Shown here: positions 18,464-30,651 of the stretch, one piece after another
Layout of the letters: every line of letters begins with the position of its first letter
Numbering within the stretch: position 1 is the first letter of the stretch
Assembly: GCA_963705105.1 (NCBI GenBank)
Contig: CAVPIW010000014.1
Coordinates: forward strand, 96,001-160,000
Length of the DNA stretch: 64,000 bases
Source: an uncultured Nitrospiraceae bacterium
GTDB lineage: Bacteria; Nitrospirota; Thermodesulfovibrionia; Thermodesulfovibrionales; Dissulfurispiraceae
Direction: 5' to 3'
The notes under the pieces: generated by a model
The model's input: only the letters and a program-made list of their open reading frames with translations
Database searches by the model: none
What the model was told of the DNA's origin: nothing
Made by a program: the position numbers and the translations under genes

Positions 18464-20601
18464 ATGAACAGCGAATGGAAGACCGGTGTGTTCGTATTGT
18501 TGTGTCTCTTGTTTTCCTTGTCGCCCGCTTCTTCATCATGCGCCGACCCTCTCGACAGTTGGTATTCGAGGAACCCTCTCCCCAGAGGAAACGATCTTCG
18601 GGCCGTCGCTTACGGCAACAACACATTTGTTGCCGTCGGATGTCCCGGACCGATCCTGACGTCACCTGACGGCGTCACATGGACCATCAGGCCGACGGCT
18701 ACCGACCATTGTCTCTCCGGCGTCACTTACGGCAACAACATGTTTGTTGCAGTGGGAAGGGACAACGCAGAAGGTTATGATGTCATCCTCACATCTCACG
18801 ACGGAATCAAATGGACCCGCCGGCCCACAGGGAACCGGCATATTCTAAATGGAATCACCTATGGCAATGGTACATTCGTGGCCGTCGGTGAGGAAAACAA
18901 CGGCTTGGGTCATGTTGGCCCTGGCGTAATCATGACGTCACCCGACGGCGTCACATGGACCATCAGGTCTGATGGGGTTGCTCATGGACTCCGCGGAGTC
19001 ACTTTTGGCAATGGTGCCTTCGTGGCCGTTGGCTTGTTCTACTCGATCTTTACTTCACACGATGGTGTCATCTGGACAAGCAGATCTTCAGGATTGAGCG
19101 GAAGCAGTGAGTTTCACGATATCGCTTACGGAAACGCCACTTTTGTGGCTATAAGTGATTCGGCTATCATGACGTCGGCCGACGGCATTATCTGGACGAA
19201 GTCTCCTGGAACTAACCTCGTTACACTCCGTGGCGTCACATATGGCAACAATGGATTTGTAGCGGTGGGTGATCAGATCACGGCAGCAGCTCGCCGCGTA
19301 ATAATGACAATGACATCGACTGATGGGGTCACCTGGACCAGCCAAACCTTGGGCGATGCTGATGCTGTTGGTCTTTATATAAGTCTTTCCGCAATCACTT
19401 ACGGCAATGGCATATTCGTGGCCGTTGGACCCGGCACAATTCTGACGTCGCCTGATGGCATTTCATGGAACAACAGGTCTTTGGGGGTTGCCCCCTTGCT
19501 TAAAGGAATTACCTGCGGCAACGAACCTATTCCTGGCTGTTGGAGATTCCGGCACAATCCTCACTTCGCCCGACGGCATCAACTGGGCACTCAGACCGTC
19601 GGGAACGTCTCATCACCTGAACGCTGTGACCTATGGCAATAACCTGTTCGTGGTTGTCGGAAATTCCGGTACTATTCTGATATCGTCTAACGGCATTGAC
19701 TGGACAATTATTGCGTCTTCGGTCCCTCCTTCCCAGCCTCACGCAGTGACCTATGGGAACAACCTATTCGTAATCGTTGGAGACTTCGGTACTATTTTCA
19801 CGTCCCCTGACGGTGTCAGCTGGACCCGGAGATTGTCGGGAACGTCTCACAACCTGAATGCTGTGACACATGGCAACAACCTATTCGTGGTTGTCGGAGA
19901 TTCCGGTACTATTCTCACGTCATCCGACGGCATCAGCTGGACGACCAGATCCTCATGGGATCGCAATGCCGCTCTCCGGTGCCACTTTCGGCAACGGTCT
20001 GTTCCTCGCCATTCAAGGTGGCATAATACTGACCTCATCTGACGGCATCGTCTGGGATAGGCATTTCCCCGGCGTTTTTGGTGTAACAGCCCATCTGGAC
20101 GTGACATACGGCAGCGGCACATTTGTCGCGGTTGGTACAGAAGCGCCCTTCATGCTTCCGCACTATCAGATCTTGACCTCCACCGACGGGATTGCCTGGA
20201 CAAGCAGGGCTATCGGGGATGGCGTACTTAGCGGAATTGCGTATGGGAACGGAACATTCGTGACGGTGGGATGGAACGGCACAATTAAGCAGTCAGGTAG
20301 TCTTTGCTCCGCTACCCTTGATCCGAACCTGTCCATACATGTTCCCAATCTTATTTTCGCCGGAACTCCCTTCCGGGCCGATTTGGCCTACGTGCCGGAC
20401 ACCCTTACCTTTGACCTGGTCGATTACGGGCTCCTTACGGACACGTCGGCTTATGAAGGATGTACACCGGCTACACTGTCAGACACCTTTCTTTTGCATA
20501 TCCCAAACATCATGTTCAGAGGGGCCTCTTACCGGCTCGATCTGCAATACACTCAACAGGGGACTTCCTTCGTCTACACCAATCTGGGCGTCAATTACTG
20601 A
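18464..20601 (+). CDS. Secreted tandem-repeat (beta-propeller-like) protein split by two +1 frameshifts (about 19523 and 19956)
   Basis: Signal peptide; about 13 repeats of TYGNxxFVAVG...ILTSxDGxxW continuing across three frames; duplicated LHIPN C-terminal module. Confidence 0.75.
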
Positions 20602-20679
20602 TGTGTCAACCGTGAGTTGCATGAAAGCACAGGGCGCAGACATTGCATGCTGTTACTATTGATATCTCCAGCTGCCGCC

Positions 20680-20896
20680 GTCCACGCTCCGCTTCACGGA
20701 TATGGCCTTCGGGAGGGGCTTCTTCGTTGCCGTGAACGACGAGAAGATTTATTCGTCAACCGACGGCGTCGCGTGGTCCGAATCTCCGACACCGAACAAA
20801 CCCTGTTCTCCCGGGCCTGGCGCGCGGGTGTTTTTTGCCAACAACACGTTCATAACACTCTGCGGGCAACGCATACTCCAGTCGAACCCGCTGTAA
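20680..20896 (+). pseudogene. Relic of the same repeat-protein family
   Basis: MAFGRGFFVAV...IYSSTDGVAW...ILQSNPL with no clear start. Confidence 0.45.
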
Positions 20897-20997
20897 ACCA
20901 TCGGAATTGCGATTGAGCGTCCCTGGGGCAGAGAACGCAGGGACGCTCTGTTCCTCCCTCAAGGGGGAATCCCCTTTTTCTTTCGCTGACGGCGTAA

Positions 20998-21273
20998 CCC
21001 TGTCGTTGCATAGAAGGGCGGGGCGAAACGCTCTGAAATATAGTGTCAGTGACAGTGTGAGTGTCAGCAAAAAGTTCACCTTTTTCAGCCGTCGGCCTGA
21101 AATAGCTTCATCGATGTCGGGCCGTTCGGGGAACGGTCCCTACAGGATTCCACTCCTTGCGTGATCGACCATTGGCTTGAAAGGCTGTCTTCTGTGAGGG
21201 TTACGGTGTCGCCGCAGCAAGGTTTTCGGCGCATACGCCCCGCCCTTCCCGGGAGTGTATTGCAGCGATAAGA
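20998..21273 (-). mobile_element. MITE copy (L1, REP, R2); TSD GTAA
   Basis: CCCTGTCGTTGCA / TGCAGCGATAAGA ends flanked by GTAA. Confidence 0.9.
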
Positions 21274-21385
21274 GTAATCCACTCCGAAATTCCCTGGAAT
21301 TGGCTTTTATGAACGCCAAGTGGTAACATATTTCCTCATATTTCTTCTTTTTATCAACTCCTAAAATAGGATATACTTTAAAGAT

Positions 21386-22642
21386 ATGGCACACATCATT
21401 CCTTTCAGAGGCACCCTCTACGACGCCGCGAAGGTGTCCGGAGATGACGTTATCGCGCCTCCCTACGACATCGTGACCCCTGCGCACAGGGACGAGCTTT
21501 ACCGCAAGAGCCCCTTCAATATCATCCGCGTTGACGCAGGTATAGACATGCCCGGCGACAACGAGACCCATAACAGGTACACCCGCGCGCGGGAGTCCCT
21601 CGACACGTGGATCGAAAAGGGCGTGCTCGTCACCGATGAAAGCCCGTCCATTTATGCCTACGAGTCTGAATACGAAGTCCGGGGAGCGAAACACACCCTC
21701 AGGGGTTTCCTCGCCCTTGTCAGGATCGAAGACCTCGGCAAGGGGGTCTATCCCCATGAGGCGACACACTCGAAACCGAAGGTCGACCGTCTCAATGTCA
21801 TGCGTTTCTGCCTGGGCAACATCAGTCCCATCTATGCGTTATACAACAGCAGGCATCGCGTCGCCTCGAAAATTCTCGGGGAAGCCTGCCGTCAGCCCCA
21901 TCTGTCCGCGCACGATCAGAACGGGTCCGTGCACAGGATCGCCCCCGTTTCCGACGAATACCGGATCAGTTCGATCCGGGAGGAGCTTCTCGACAAGCCC
22001 GTCTTTATCGCCGACGGACACCACCGCTACGAGGTCGCCCTGGAATTCAAGAGGGAGATGGAGAAGAAGGAGGGGAAGGAGAATGCCTCCTTCCGCCCCT
22101 GGAACTATGTCCTCATGTTCCTCGCGAATATGGCAGACGACGGCATTACCATCCTGCCGACTCACCGGCTGGTCAGGAGTCCGGTGAAGAAAGAGGCCGT
22201 CCTTGAACGCCTTGCCTCAGACTTCACTATCGTGCGGCAAGGCATGGACAGGGATATCACGAGCACACTCGCCGGAGCGGGCAGGAACACCTTCGGCCTC
22301 TGTCTGACCGGTGAGGATTGCTGGTATGCGCTGACGTATACGGGAAAAGATCTCGACGACGTCGACCCGGCCCTGCGGAACCTCGACGTGACTCTCCTCC
22401 ACGAGCTCATCCTGAAGCGGGACCTGGGGATTACGGATGTGTCCTACGAGATGGATGTCCGGGAGTCCGTCAGCCGGGTGCGCGCCGGGGAATATGATGC
22501 CGCTTTCTACCTCAACCCGACGGGTGTCGATGACGTGGAGCGTGTCGCCCTCTCCGGCGTCCGCATGCCGCCCAAATCGACGTACTTTTATCCAAAACTT
22601 CTGACGGGCATGGTCATGTACAGTTTCAGGCACCAATTCTAA
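21386..22642 (+). CDS. DUF1015 family protein
   Basis: APPYDI, PHEAT, IADGHHRYE, ILPTHR, MPPKSTYFYPKLLTG. Confidence 0.9.
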   Translation: MAHIIPFRGTLYDAAKVSGDDVIAPPYDIVTPAHRDELYRKSPFNIIRVDAGIDMPGDNETHNRYTRARESLDTWIEKGVLVTDESPSIYAYESEYEVRGAKHTLRGFLALVRIEDLGKGVYPHEATHSKPKVDRLNVMRFCLGNISPIYALYNSRHRVASKILGEACRQPHLSAHDQNGSVHRIAPVSDEYRISSIREELLDKPVFIADGHHRYEVALEFKREMEKKEGKENASFRPWNYVLMFLANMADDGITILPTHRLVRSPVKKEAVLERLASDFTIVRQGMDRDITSTLAGAGRNTFGLCLTGEDCWYALTYTGKDLDDVDPALRNLDVTLLHELILKRDLGITDVSYEMDVRESVSRVRAGEYDAAFYLNPTGVDDVERVALSGVRMPPKSTYFYPKLLTGMVMYSFRHQF

Positions 22643-22648
22643 GGAAAA

Positions 22649-23742
<1,094 letters not shown>

Positions 23743-23744
23743 AC

Positions 23745-24983
23745 ATGATCAGGAAGAATGAAACATCCGCCGCGACGATGGACATCCTCGGGAAACTCGC
23801 GATCCAGGAGGTCCCGATCAAGGGCAAGCGGGTTTTCATACGGGCGGACTTCAACGTGCCTCTCGACGACAACATGATGATTACCGATGACCGGCGCATC
23901 CGCTCGACCCTTCCCACCATCAACTATGCCATAGACGAGGGGGCGAAGGTGATCCTCGCCTCCCATTTCGGCAGACCGAAGGGAAAACCCGTCCCCCGGT
24001 ACAGCCTCGCTCCCGTGGGAAAACGGCTCCAGAGGCTTCTCAACAAGGAAGTGATCTTTGCGCCGGACTGCATCGGTCCGCAGGTCGAGAACCTTGTCGC
24101 CCGGATGAAGGACGGCGACGTCATGCTCCTGGAGAACCTCCGGTACCATATCGAAGAGGAGCAGAATGACGAGAGCTTCGCCCGCTCCCTCGCGAAACTC
24201 GCAGACGTTTTCGTTAACGATGCCTTCGGCGCATCGCACCGGGCCCACGCATCCATCGTCGGCATAACGAAGTTCCTTCCCGCCGCCGCGGGATTCCTCA
24301 TGAAAAAGGAGATCGAGTACCTCAAGGGCGCCGTTGACAATCCCGTCCGGCCTTTCGTTGCCATCCTTGGCGGTGCGAAGGTCTCCGGAAAGATCGGCGT
24401 CCTCGAACACCTCGTCGACAGGGTGGACAAGGTCATCGTCGGCGGAGGCATGGCTTACACCTTCATCAAGGCCCAGGAGTACGAGATCGGAGAGTCTCTC
24501 GTCGAGACTGACATGCTGGACCTGGCAAATCGGATCATGAAGCAGCTCAAGCAGAAGGGCGTCAAGTTCTATCTGCCTGTCGACTGTGTCGTGTCGCAGA
24601 TGATCGAACCGGGTGCGGAAACGAAACTCGTGACGACCCAGGAAATTCCGAAGGGCTGGAAGGCACTCGACATCGGGCCGGCGTCGGTGAAGCTCTTTTC
24701 GGAAGCGATCCAGGATGCAAAGACCATACTCTGGAACGGCCCGATGGGCGTCTTCGAGATCGATGCCTTTTCGAGGGGCACTTTCGCCATCGCCCATTCC
24801 GTTTCCGACGCATACGCGATGACGATCGTCGGCGGCGGCGACACCGATTTCGCCGTCCACCGCGCCGGGGTCAGCGATGCCATCAGCTTTATTTCCACCG
24901 GTGGTGGAGCGTCCCTGCAGCTGCTCGAGGGCAAGGACCTCCCCGGCCTCGTCTCCCTGAGCGACAGGAAGGCGGAGGAGTGA
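23745..24983 (+). CDS. pgk: Phosphoglycerate kinase
   Basis: RADFNVP, NDAFGASHRAHAS, WNGPMGVFE, ISTGGGASL. Confidence 0.97.
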   Translation: MIRKNETSAATMDILGKLAIQEVPIKGKRVFIRADFNVPLDDNMMITDDRRIRSTLPTINYAIDEGAKVILASHFGRPKGKPVPRYSLAPVGKRLQRLLNKEVIFAPDCIGPQVENLVARMKDGDVMLLENLRYHIEEEQNDESFARSLAKLADVFVNDAFGASHRAHASIVGITKFLPAAAGFLMKKEIEYLKGAVDNPVRPFVAILGGAKVSGKIGVLEHLVDRVDKVIVGGGMAYTFIKAQEYEIGESLVETDMLDLANRIMKQLKQKGVKFYLPVDCVVSQMIEPGAETKLVTTQEIPKGWKALDIGPASVKLFSEAIQDAKTILWNGPMGVFEIDAFSRGTFAIAHSVSDAYAMTIVGGGDTDFAVHRAGVSDAISFISTGGGASLQLLEGKDLPGLVSLSDRKAEE

Positions 24984-25069
24984 AAAGCAGTATCAGTGCG
25001 AGTGTGAGTGAAAGGAGTTTTTTTTCAAAACGAAAATCATCTCACGCAAGGCCGCAAAGAGGCCGGCGC

Positions 25070-25972
25070 CTAATAGAATGACAGGGGCGCCGAGTCGGTG
25101 ATGACCTGCTCTTCCCGTTCGATGGCCGAACGGAGGTATTTCGGAAGAGCCATCATGCCGGCATGAGTCTCAGCGTCGTAGAACCGGAGATTGTCGCCGA
25201 TGCCTTCAAGCCGCTGAGAGATCTCTTCCCGTGGCAGCAGGAGGGGATCTTTGTCCCCCGATGCGAGGACGAACCCCCAGGGCGTGAAGAAGGACGGGAC
25301 GTTGACCGTATAGGGCCGGACGACGGGAAAGACCTGGCTGATGGTGTGCGTTATCGCCGCGAAGGTCCGGAGGTTGTGCACGGCCGTCGACGTCGCCTGC
25401 GTCACCATGACGCCTCCTTCGGCCAGGGAGCGGGAGACCATCTCGTAAAACTCCCTTGTATAGAGCATGAGGGCGGGACCTTCATCAAAGGGCTCTGGCA
25501 GATCGATGATGATGACGTCGAAACCTTCCGCCGTCTCGATATATTTGCGTGCATCATCATAAACGATGGTCACGCGGCTGTCATTGAGCGCACCCTGGTG
25601 CCAGTCGGGGAGATACTGCCCGCAGACCTCGACGGCTTCCCTGTCAAGGTCCACCATGACGACGGACCGGACCTGCGGGTGTCGCAGCACTTCGCGGACC
25701 GATGCCCCCTCTCCTCCCCCTGCAACGAGGACCCGTGCCGGTGAACCATGGAGGACGAGGGCGGGATGGACCAGCGCTTCGTGGTAAATGAACTCGTCGG
25801 CCTCCGACGACTGTATCTTGCCATCGAGCACGAGGCACTTCCCGTAACTGCCAGTCCGTATGATCTCTATGCGCTGGAAGGGAGATCGTCCCGAATAGAG
25901 TATCTCCCTGAGTGAATGGAAGGCGCCTTCGTCATCGGTCGTCTGCTCAAGAAACCATCTGGAGTGCAGCAT
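25070..25972 (-). CDS. speE: Polyamine aminopropyltransferase (spermidine synthase)
   Basis: LVLDGKIQS..DEFIYHE, GGGEG, FDVIIIDL. Confidence 0.93.
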   Translation of the reverse strand: MLHSRWFLEQTTDDEGAFHSLREILYSGRSPFQRIEIIRTGSYGKCLVLDGKIQSSEADEFIYHEALVHPALVLHGSPARVLVAGGGEGASVREVLRHPQVRSVVMVDLDREAVEVCGQYLPDWHQGALNDSRVTIVYDDARKYIETAEGFDVIIIDLPEPFDEGPALMLYTREFYEMVSRSLAEGGVMVTQATSTAVHNLRTFAAITHTISQVFPVVRPYTVNVPSFFTPWGFVLASGDKDPLLLPREEISQRLEGIGDNLRFYDAETHAGMMALPKYLRSAIEREEQVITDSAPLSFY

Positions 25973-26354
25973 CGGTAACCTTGTGAGGAAGTTTCTCGTT
26001 CCTGTAGGAAAGGATGCCCCGCTTCATCTCGACGATGGAAGGATTCCTGCTCTCGAACAGCTGGATGAGGAAGTGGGCGGCAACTTCCGGCTTGATGAGG
26101 TCACCACAGGTGAAGATGTCGACGGCGGCATAGCCGTATTCGGGCCAGGTGTGGACGGACAGGTGTGATTCGGCGATGACCACCATGCCGCTGATGCCGA
26201 AGGGATTGAATTCGTGAAACGATACGTCGATGATCGTCGCCTTGGCCTCCTTCGCCGCCGCAACGAGTGCTTCTTTGACTCTGGTAAGGCTCTTGAGAAT
26301 CTCAGGATTACAGTCCCTCAATTCCACTAAAAGATGGGTACCTAAAGCATGCAA
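25947..26354 (-). CDS. speD: S-adenosylmethionine decarboxylase proenzyme
   Basis: IAESHLSVHTWPEYGYAAVDIFTCG. Confidence 0.95.
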   Translation of the reverse strand: MHALGTHLLVELRDCNPEILKSLTRVKEALVAAAKEAKATIIDVSFHEFNPFGISGMVVIAESHLSVHTWPEYGYAAVDIFTCGDLIKPEVAAHFLIQLFESRNPSIVEMKRGILSYRNEKLPHKVTDAALQMVS

Positions 26355-26583
26355 TTCTCCACCCCCCTTTTAACAGAGAATTGAAGGAGCGATTGCCCCT
26401 CAAGCTTCTAATCATACAGAAACCCGGACTTTTCTGTCAAGGAAATGATTGAACCACGATGGTCGCATGGCCCTCCGGAACAGGCGGGGCGAAGATGCCG
26501 CCATAAGAGTCATTACGTCATTAAATTATCGAGTCACTGAGTCGCTATTGATCCCTGCGTTATGAATGAAATGACCCACATTC

Positions 26584-26608
26584 TGTCACTCCCGCTTGCC
26601 GGGAGTCC
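26584..26608 (+). repeat. REP-like hairpin (TGTCA-type)
   Basis: TGTCACTCCCGCTTGCCGGGAGTCC; single copy in the window. Confidence 0.4.
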
Positions 26609-26620
26609 TTCCCAAAGAAA

Positions 26621-26901
26621 CCTTATCGTTGCAATACACTCCCGGGAAAGGCGGGGCTGGGGTGAATGCGCCGAAAACCTTGCTGCGGCGACACCTATAT
26701 CAAAACGACAGATGAACTATACGCCAATGGTCGATGACACAAAGAGTGGAATCCTGTAGGGGCCGTTCCCCGAACGGCCCGACATCGATGAAGCTATTTC
26801 AGGCCGACGGCTGAAAGAGGTGAACTTTTTGCTGACACTCACACTGTCACTGACACTGTATTTCAGAGCGCTTCGCCCCGCCTTTTTATGCAACTGAAAG
26901 G
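26621..26901 (+). mobile_element. MITE copy (L1, REP, R2); TSD GAAA
   Basis: CCTTATCGTTGCA / TGCAACTGAAAGG flanked by GAAA. Confidence 0.92.
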
Positions 26902-27039
26902 GAAAGATTCCGGACAAGCCGAAGGACATTACGATCGCATCTTTCAATATATCTCCGGAGTCATTGGTGTGGCCGGCAACCGACAGCCGTGGAATAAAGC
27001 ATCGGGTCGACGATCGCCTGTCCACAATCCGGGAGGACC

Positions 27040-27666
27040 TTACGGGCACGGTCCCGGGGCATGACCGGCATTGTAAACGATACCCCCCGCCTCGACATAT
27101 GCGCGGAGCACTGAAACGGCTTCATCGCGAAGCACGTCGCGGACGACATCGATCCGCCGCGATCTGAGTTCCGCAGCCCAGTCGTGCAGTTTCGGTCCCT
27201 CGTCGAATCCTATTGCCCTTGCATCCTCGTCCCTGGCCCCGCAGATGAGACGGCTCACGCCCGCCCATGGGATAGCGCCGAAGCACATGGCGCAGGGTTC
27301 CGCCGAGGAGACGAGGTCAAACCGGAGACTGCCGCCGTCCCCGATGTCGTACCGGCCCAGTATCTTCTGGGCAAGGGACAGGGCGATGATCTCGGCATGA
27401 AGGATGGAGCAGTTCGATGACACGACGAGGTTCACACCCGGCGCAATGAGCCGACCCTCGCTATCGAACACCCCGGCACCGAAGGGCCCTCCCGTTCCCC
27501 GCTCAACGTTATGCCGGGCCATGTCGATGACGAGGCGCATGCGGTCCTCGACGGCCGGAAATACAGGGCTGCACGTGGACAGGAACTCCCCCATCCATCC
27601 CGGCAGCCCTATGCTTACCGTCGGGAAAGACACCATTCTTTTCATCGGTATACCATACTTGTCCAA
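27040..27666 (-). CDS. Nucleoside/guanine deaminase family protein (start uncertain)
   Basis: GGPFGA, HAE, EPCAMC. Confidence 0.88.
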   Translation of the reverse strand: MDKYGIPMKRMVSFPTVSIGLPGWMGEFLSTCSPVFPAVEDRMRLVIDMARHNVERGTGGPFGAGVFDSEGRLIAPGVNLVVSSNCSILHAEIIALSLAQKILGRYDIGDGGSLRFDLVSSAEPCAMCFGAIPWAGVSRLICGARDEDARAIGFDEGPKLHDWAAELRSRRIDVVRDVLRDEAVSVLRAYVEAGGIVYNAGHAPGPCP

Positions 27667-27973
27667 AATAGCTTACAGCCAGACCTTGTAAACGAGGATA
27701 GGGTGTGGTTTCTGAAGCATAATTCACGGTTGCCTTGCACGAAAAGACGGTGCAAAACGCTCTAAAAACAGTGTCAGTGTCAGTGTGAGTGTCCGTAAAA
27801 GGTTAATTTTGTTTGATCGTTGGTCTGCAATGGTCTGTACGGGAAGGCAGAGGTTTCGCAGCACCGATGCTTTTCGGCGCATTCGCCCCGTCTTTCCTGA
27901 GATCTCATTGCGGTGATAAGGGTTTAGTATGCGAAGGAATCATGCCCTATCCTCGATTCACATTATTTTGGAC
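27660..27973. mobile_element. Palindromic element E carrying one MITE (27727-27921, L2-R2, minus orientation)
   Basis: GTCCAAAATA..CGAGGATAGGG / CCCTATCCTCG..TATTTTGGAC arms; near-identical to the corresponding parts of 47167-47698. Confidence 0.8.
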
Positions 27974-27987
27974 GCCGAAACATGCCG

Positions 27988-29028
27988 TCAGAACACCGTC
28001 CATTGCTGGGGGAGAAAGAGGCGCTCGTAGGTCATGAGGGCGAAGCTGTCCGTCATGCCGGCGATGAAGTCGCAGACCGCCCTGTGCCTCTCGGGGCTGC
28101 GCAGGGGCAGACCGCCGGGGATCGCCTCGTCGTCATGGTCGAGGAAAAAGGCATAGATCGCCTTCAGGATGCCCATGGCCTTGGTGAACTCGCCCCTGAT
28201 CGTATCGCCCTCGTAGACCCGCTCGAAGAGGAAATCCCTGAGGAGATACACGGCATGGGAGACATCGGCGCTCATGTCGATCCTGGCAAGGCCGGCGCCG
28301 GCCGTAGTCCCGACGACATCCCTCACCATGGTGTCGATTCTCCGCGCGTGAGAATCACCGACGGTCCTGATGACCTCTTTCGGGACATCGGACTTCCTGA
28401 TGACGCCGGCCCGTATGGCATCGTCAAGGTCATGATTCACGTAGGCGATCAGGTCCGACAGGCGGACAAGGGCGCCCTCGAGAGTCGACGGCCCTTCGCC
28501 TGCCCGGCCGGAGACGGCGGCGCCCTTCCTTCCCTTCGAATGCTTGACGATGCCGTCACGCACCTCCGCCGTGAGGTTCAGGCCCTTTCCGTCCTTTTCG
28601 AGCAGATCGACGACCCGCAGGCTTTGGTGGTAATGGTCGAAACCGCCCGGGTGGAGCTCCCGCAAAATCGCCTCTCCTGCATGGCCGAAAGGGGTGTGTC
28701 CGAGGTCGTGGCCGAGGGCGATCGCCTCGACGAGGTCTTCGTTGAGCCGCAAGGCACGGGCGATGGTCCTGCCGATCTGGGCCACCTCGAGCACATGGGT
28801 CAGCCGAGTCCGGTAATGATCTCCCTTCGGCGCCAGGAACACCTGCGTTTTGTGCTTCAGCCTCCGGAAGGCCTTCGAGTGGATGATCCGGTCCCGGTCC
28901 CGCTGAAAACAGGTGCGGATGTCATCGTCCCTTTCCGGCCTGAGCCTTCCCCTGCTCTGTGAACTCAGGCAAGCCTTCTTGTGGAGAGTGGTCCTCTCGA
29001 TCTCCTCGGTCCGTTCGCGGATGGTCAT
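27988..29028 (-). CDS. dgt: dGTP triphosphohydrolase-like HD protein
   Basis: [49 protein letters not shown]. Confidence 0.92.
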   Translation of the reverse strand: MTIRERTEEIERTTLHKKACLSSQSRGRLRPERDDDIRTCFQRDRDRIIHSKAFRRLKHKTQVFLAPKGDHYRTRLTHVLEVAQIGRTIARALRLNEDLVEAIALGHDLGHTPFGHAGEAILRELHPGGFDHYHQSLRVVDLLEKDGKGLNLTAEVRDGIVKHSKGRKGAAVSGRAGEGPSTLEGALVRLSDLIAYVNHDLDDAIRAGVIRKSDVPKEVIRTVGDSHARRIDTMVRDVVGTTAGAGLARIDMSADVSHAVYLLRDFLFERVYEGDTIRGEFTKAMGILKAIYAFFLDHDDEAIPGGLPLRSPERHRAVCDFIAGMTDSFALMTYERLFLPQQWTVF

Positions 29029-30440
29029 GCTGAACGAGGGGTGAGGGCGGCGACGAGGGCACCGGTGAGCAGGCCGATTTCATCATCCTGCACGGTCCTT
29101 GCATCGATGATGAGGGCCTCCTCGCGGATGCGGGCGATGACGGGCGGGATCCCCCGGCGGAGGCGCTCTTCGATGGCGTGAGCAGACAGATGTGCCGATC
29201 TGACAGAGACCGCAAACGTCCTGAATTCGATCTCCGGGAGGGCGCCCCCCCCTGACTGGGACGTCTCGGCGACGACGGCGACGGTCACACCCTCTCCGGC
29301 AGCGCCGGCAAGACCGCTCCTGAGAAGGCGGGCGATCCTCTGCGCCCTTTTTCTGATCACCGCGGGGTCCTGAAAGATCATGTGGAGGGTGGGAATGGCG
29401 CCCCGGGCCGTCTCGTCGTCGAGATATTTCATGAGCGTCGCCTCAAAGGCCGCTAATGTGAGCTTGTCGATCCGGACGGCCCTCATGAGGGGATTGCGGG
29501 CGATCCTCTCGATGAGCTCCGACTTGCCGGCGATGACTCCGCCCTGTGGCCCGCCGAGGAGCTTGTCGCCGCTGAAGGTGACGATGTCCGCTCCGGCCTT
29601 GACGACCTCCTGCACCGTCGTCTCGATCGTGATGCCCGCAGGCCGGAAGTCGGTGAGGCAGCCGCTGCCGAGGTCGAACATGACGGGGAGGGAGCTTTTC
29701 TTCCCGAGGGTCACCATCTCGGCGACAGACACCTCCTCGGTGAACCCGATGATCCTGAAGTTCGACTGGTGGACCTTCAGGAGGAGGGCCGTCTGCTCGC
29801 CGATGGCCCGTTCATAGTCGAACAGGTGGGTCCTGTTCGTCGTTCCCACTTCCCGCAGGATGGCGCCGCTGGCGCTCATGACGTCGGGAATTCTAAAGGC
29901 GCCGCCGATCTCGACAAGCTCTCCCCGCGAGACGACGACCTCCCTGCCCCGGGCGAGCGTGTTGAGGCAGACAAGGACCGCCGCGGCGTTGTTGTTGACG
30001 ATCAGCCCGTCCTCGGCGCCGGTGATGTCCCGTATGAGGCGCTGGATATGGCTGTAGCGCTTTCCGCGCCTGCCCCTGCCGAGGTCGTATTCGAGATTCG
30101 AATAGGATGACGCGATCTCGCAGACATGATCGAGCACATCCCGGGACAGGAGGGAGCGCCCCAGATTGGTGTGGATGACGACACCCGTCCCGTTGATGAC
30201 CCGTCTCAGGCTGAACGCGGACAGGCGGGCGGCGCGGGATTCGATCTCGGCCTCAAAATGACCGGTGTCAATATCCGTCGCCCCGCCATCCAGTATCAGC
30301 CTGCGCTTTTCCTCTATGACCTCGCGGATCGCCTGCAGGACGTAGCGGCGCGGGAAAGTCCGCTGCCAGGCCAGGCCTTTCACGGATTTGAGCACTTCAT
30401 CGACAGCAGGCAGCGACGCGAGGATCTTTTGCTTGTCCAT
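29025..30440 (-). CDS. selA: L-seryl-tRNA(Sec) selenium transferase
   Basis: [41 protein letters not shown]. Confidence 0.96.
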   Translation of the reverse strand: MDKQKILASLPAVDEVLKSVKGLAWQRTFPRRYVLQAIREVIEEKRRLILDGGATDIDTGHFEAEIESRAARLSAFSLRRVINGTGVVIHTNLGRSLLSRDVLDHVCEIASSYSNLEYDLGRGRRGKRYSHIQRLIRDITGAEDGLIVNNNAAAVLVCLNTLARGREVVVSRGELVEIGGAFRIPDVMSASGAILREVGTTNRTHLFDYERAIGEQTALLLKVHQSNFRIIGFTEEVSVAEMVTLGKKSSLPVMFDLGSGCLTDFRPAGITIETTVQEVVKAGADIVTFSGDKLLGGPQGGVIAGKSELIERIARNPLMRAVRIDKLTLAAFEATLMKYLDDETARGAIPTLHMIFQDPAVIRKRAQRIARLLRSGLAGAAGEGVTVAVVAETSQSGGGALPEIEFRTFAVSVRSAHLSAHAIEERLRRGIPPVIARIREEALIIDARTVQDDEIGLLTGALVAALTPRSA

Positions 30441-30651
30441 ATTCTCCTTCCGGTCCCGGTCGTTCATCCCGGCATTGGGGCCGAAAAAAACAGCCTGCCG
30501 GAAACTGTCCGGGAGCTTTTCAAACGCAGAGGGTTTGTATTATTATACATACTCTATTGAAACCATCAAGAATTTTCTTTGAAGATATCTTGCTGGAAAT
30601 CCTTGCAGAACAACCGGGGAATCAGTGCGCCCCGCAGCGGAGGTTTGTTTT

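Noticed and set aside
29025..30440. Selenoprotein genes or tRNA-Sec near selA
   Set aside because: No in-frame TGA at a catalytic position, SECIS or tRNA was recognised, though the search was by eye and not exhaustive
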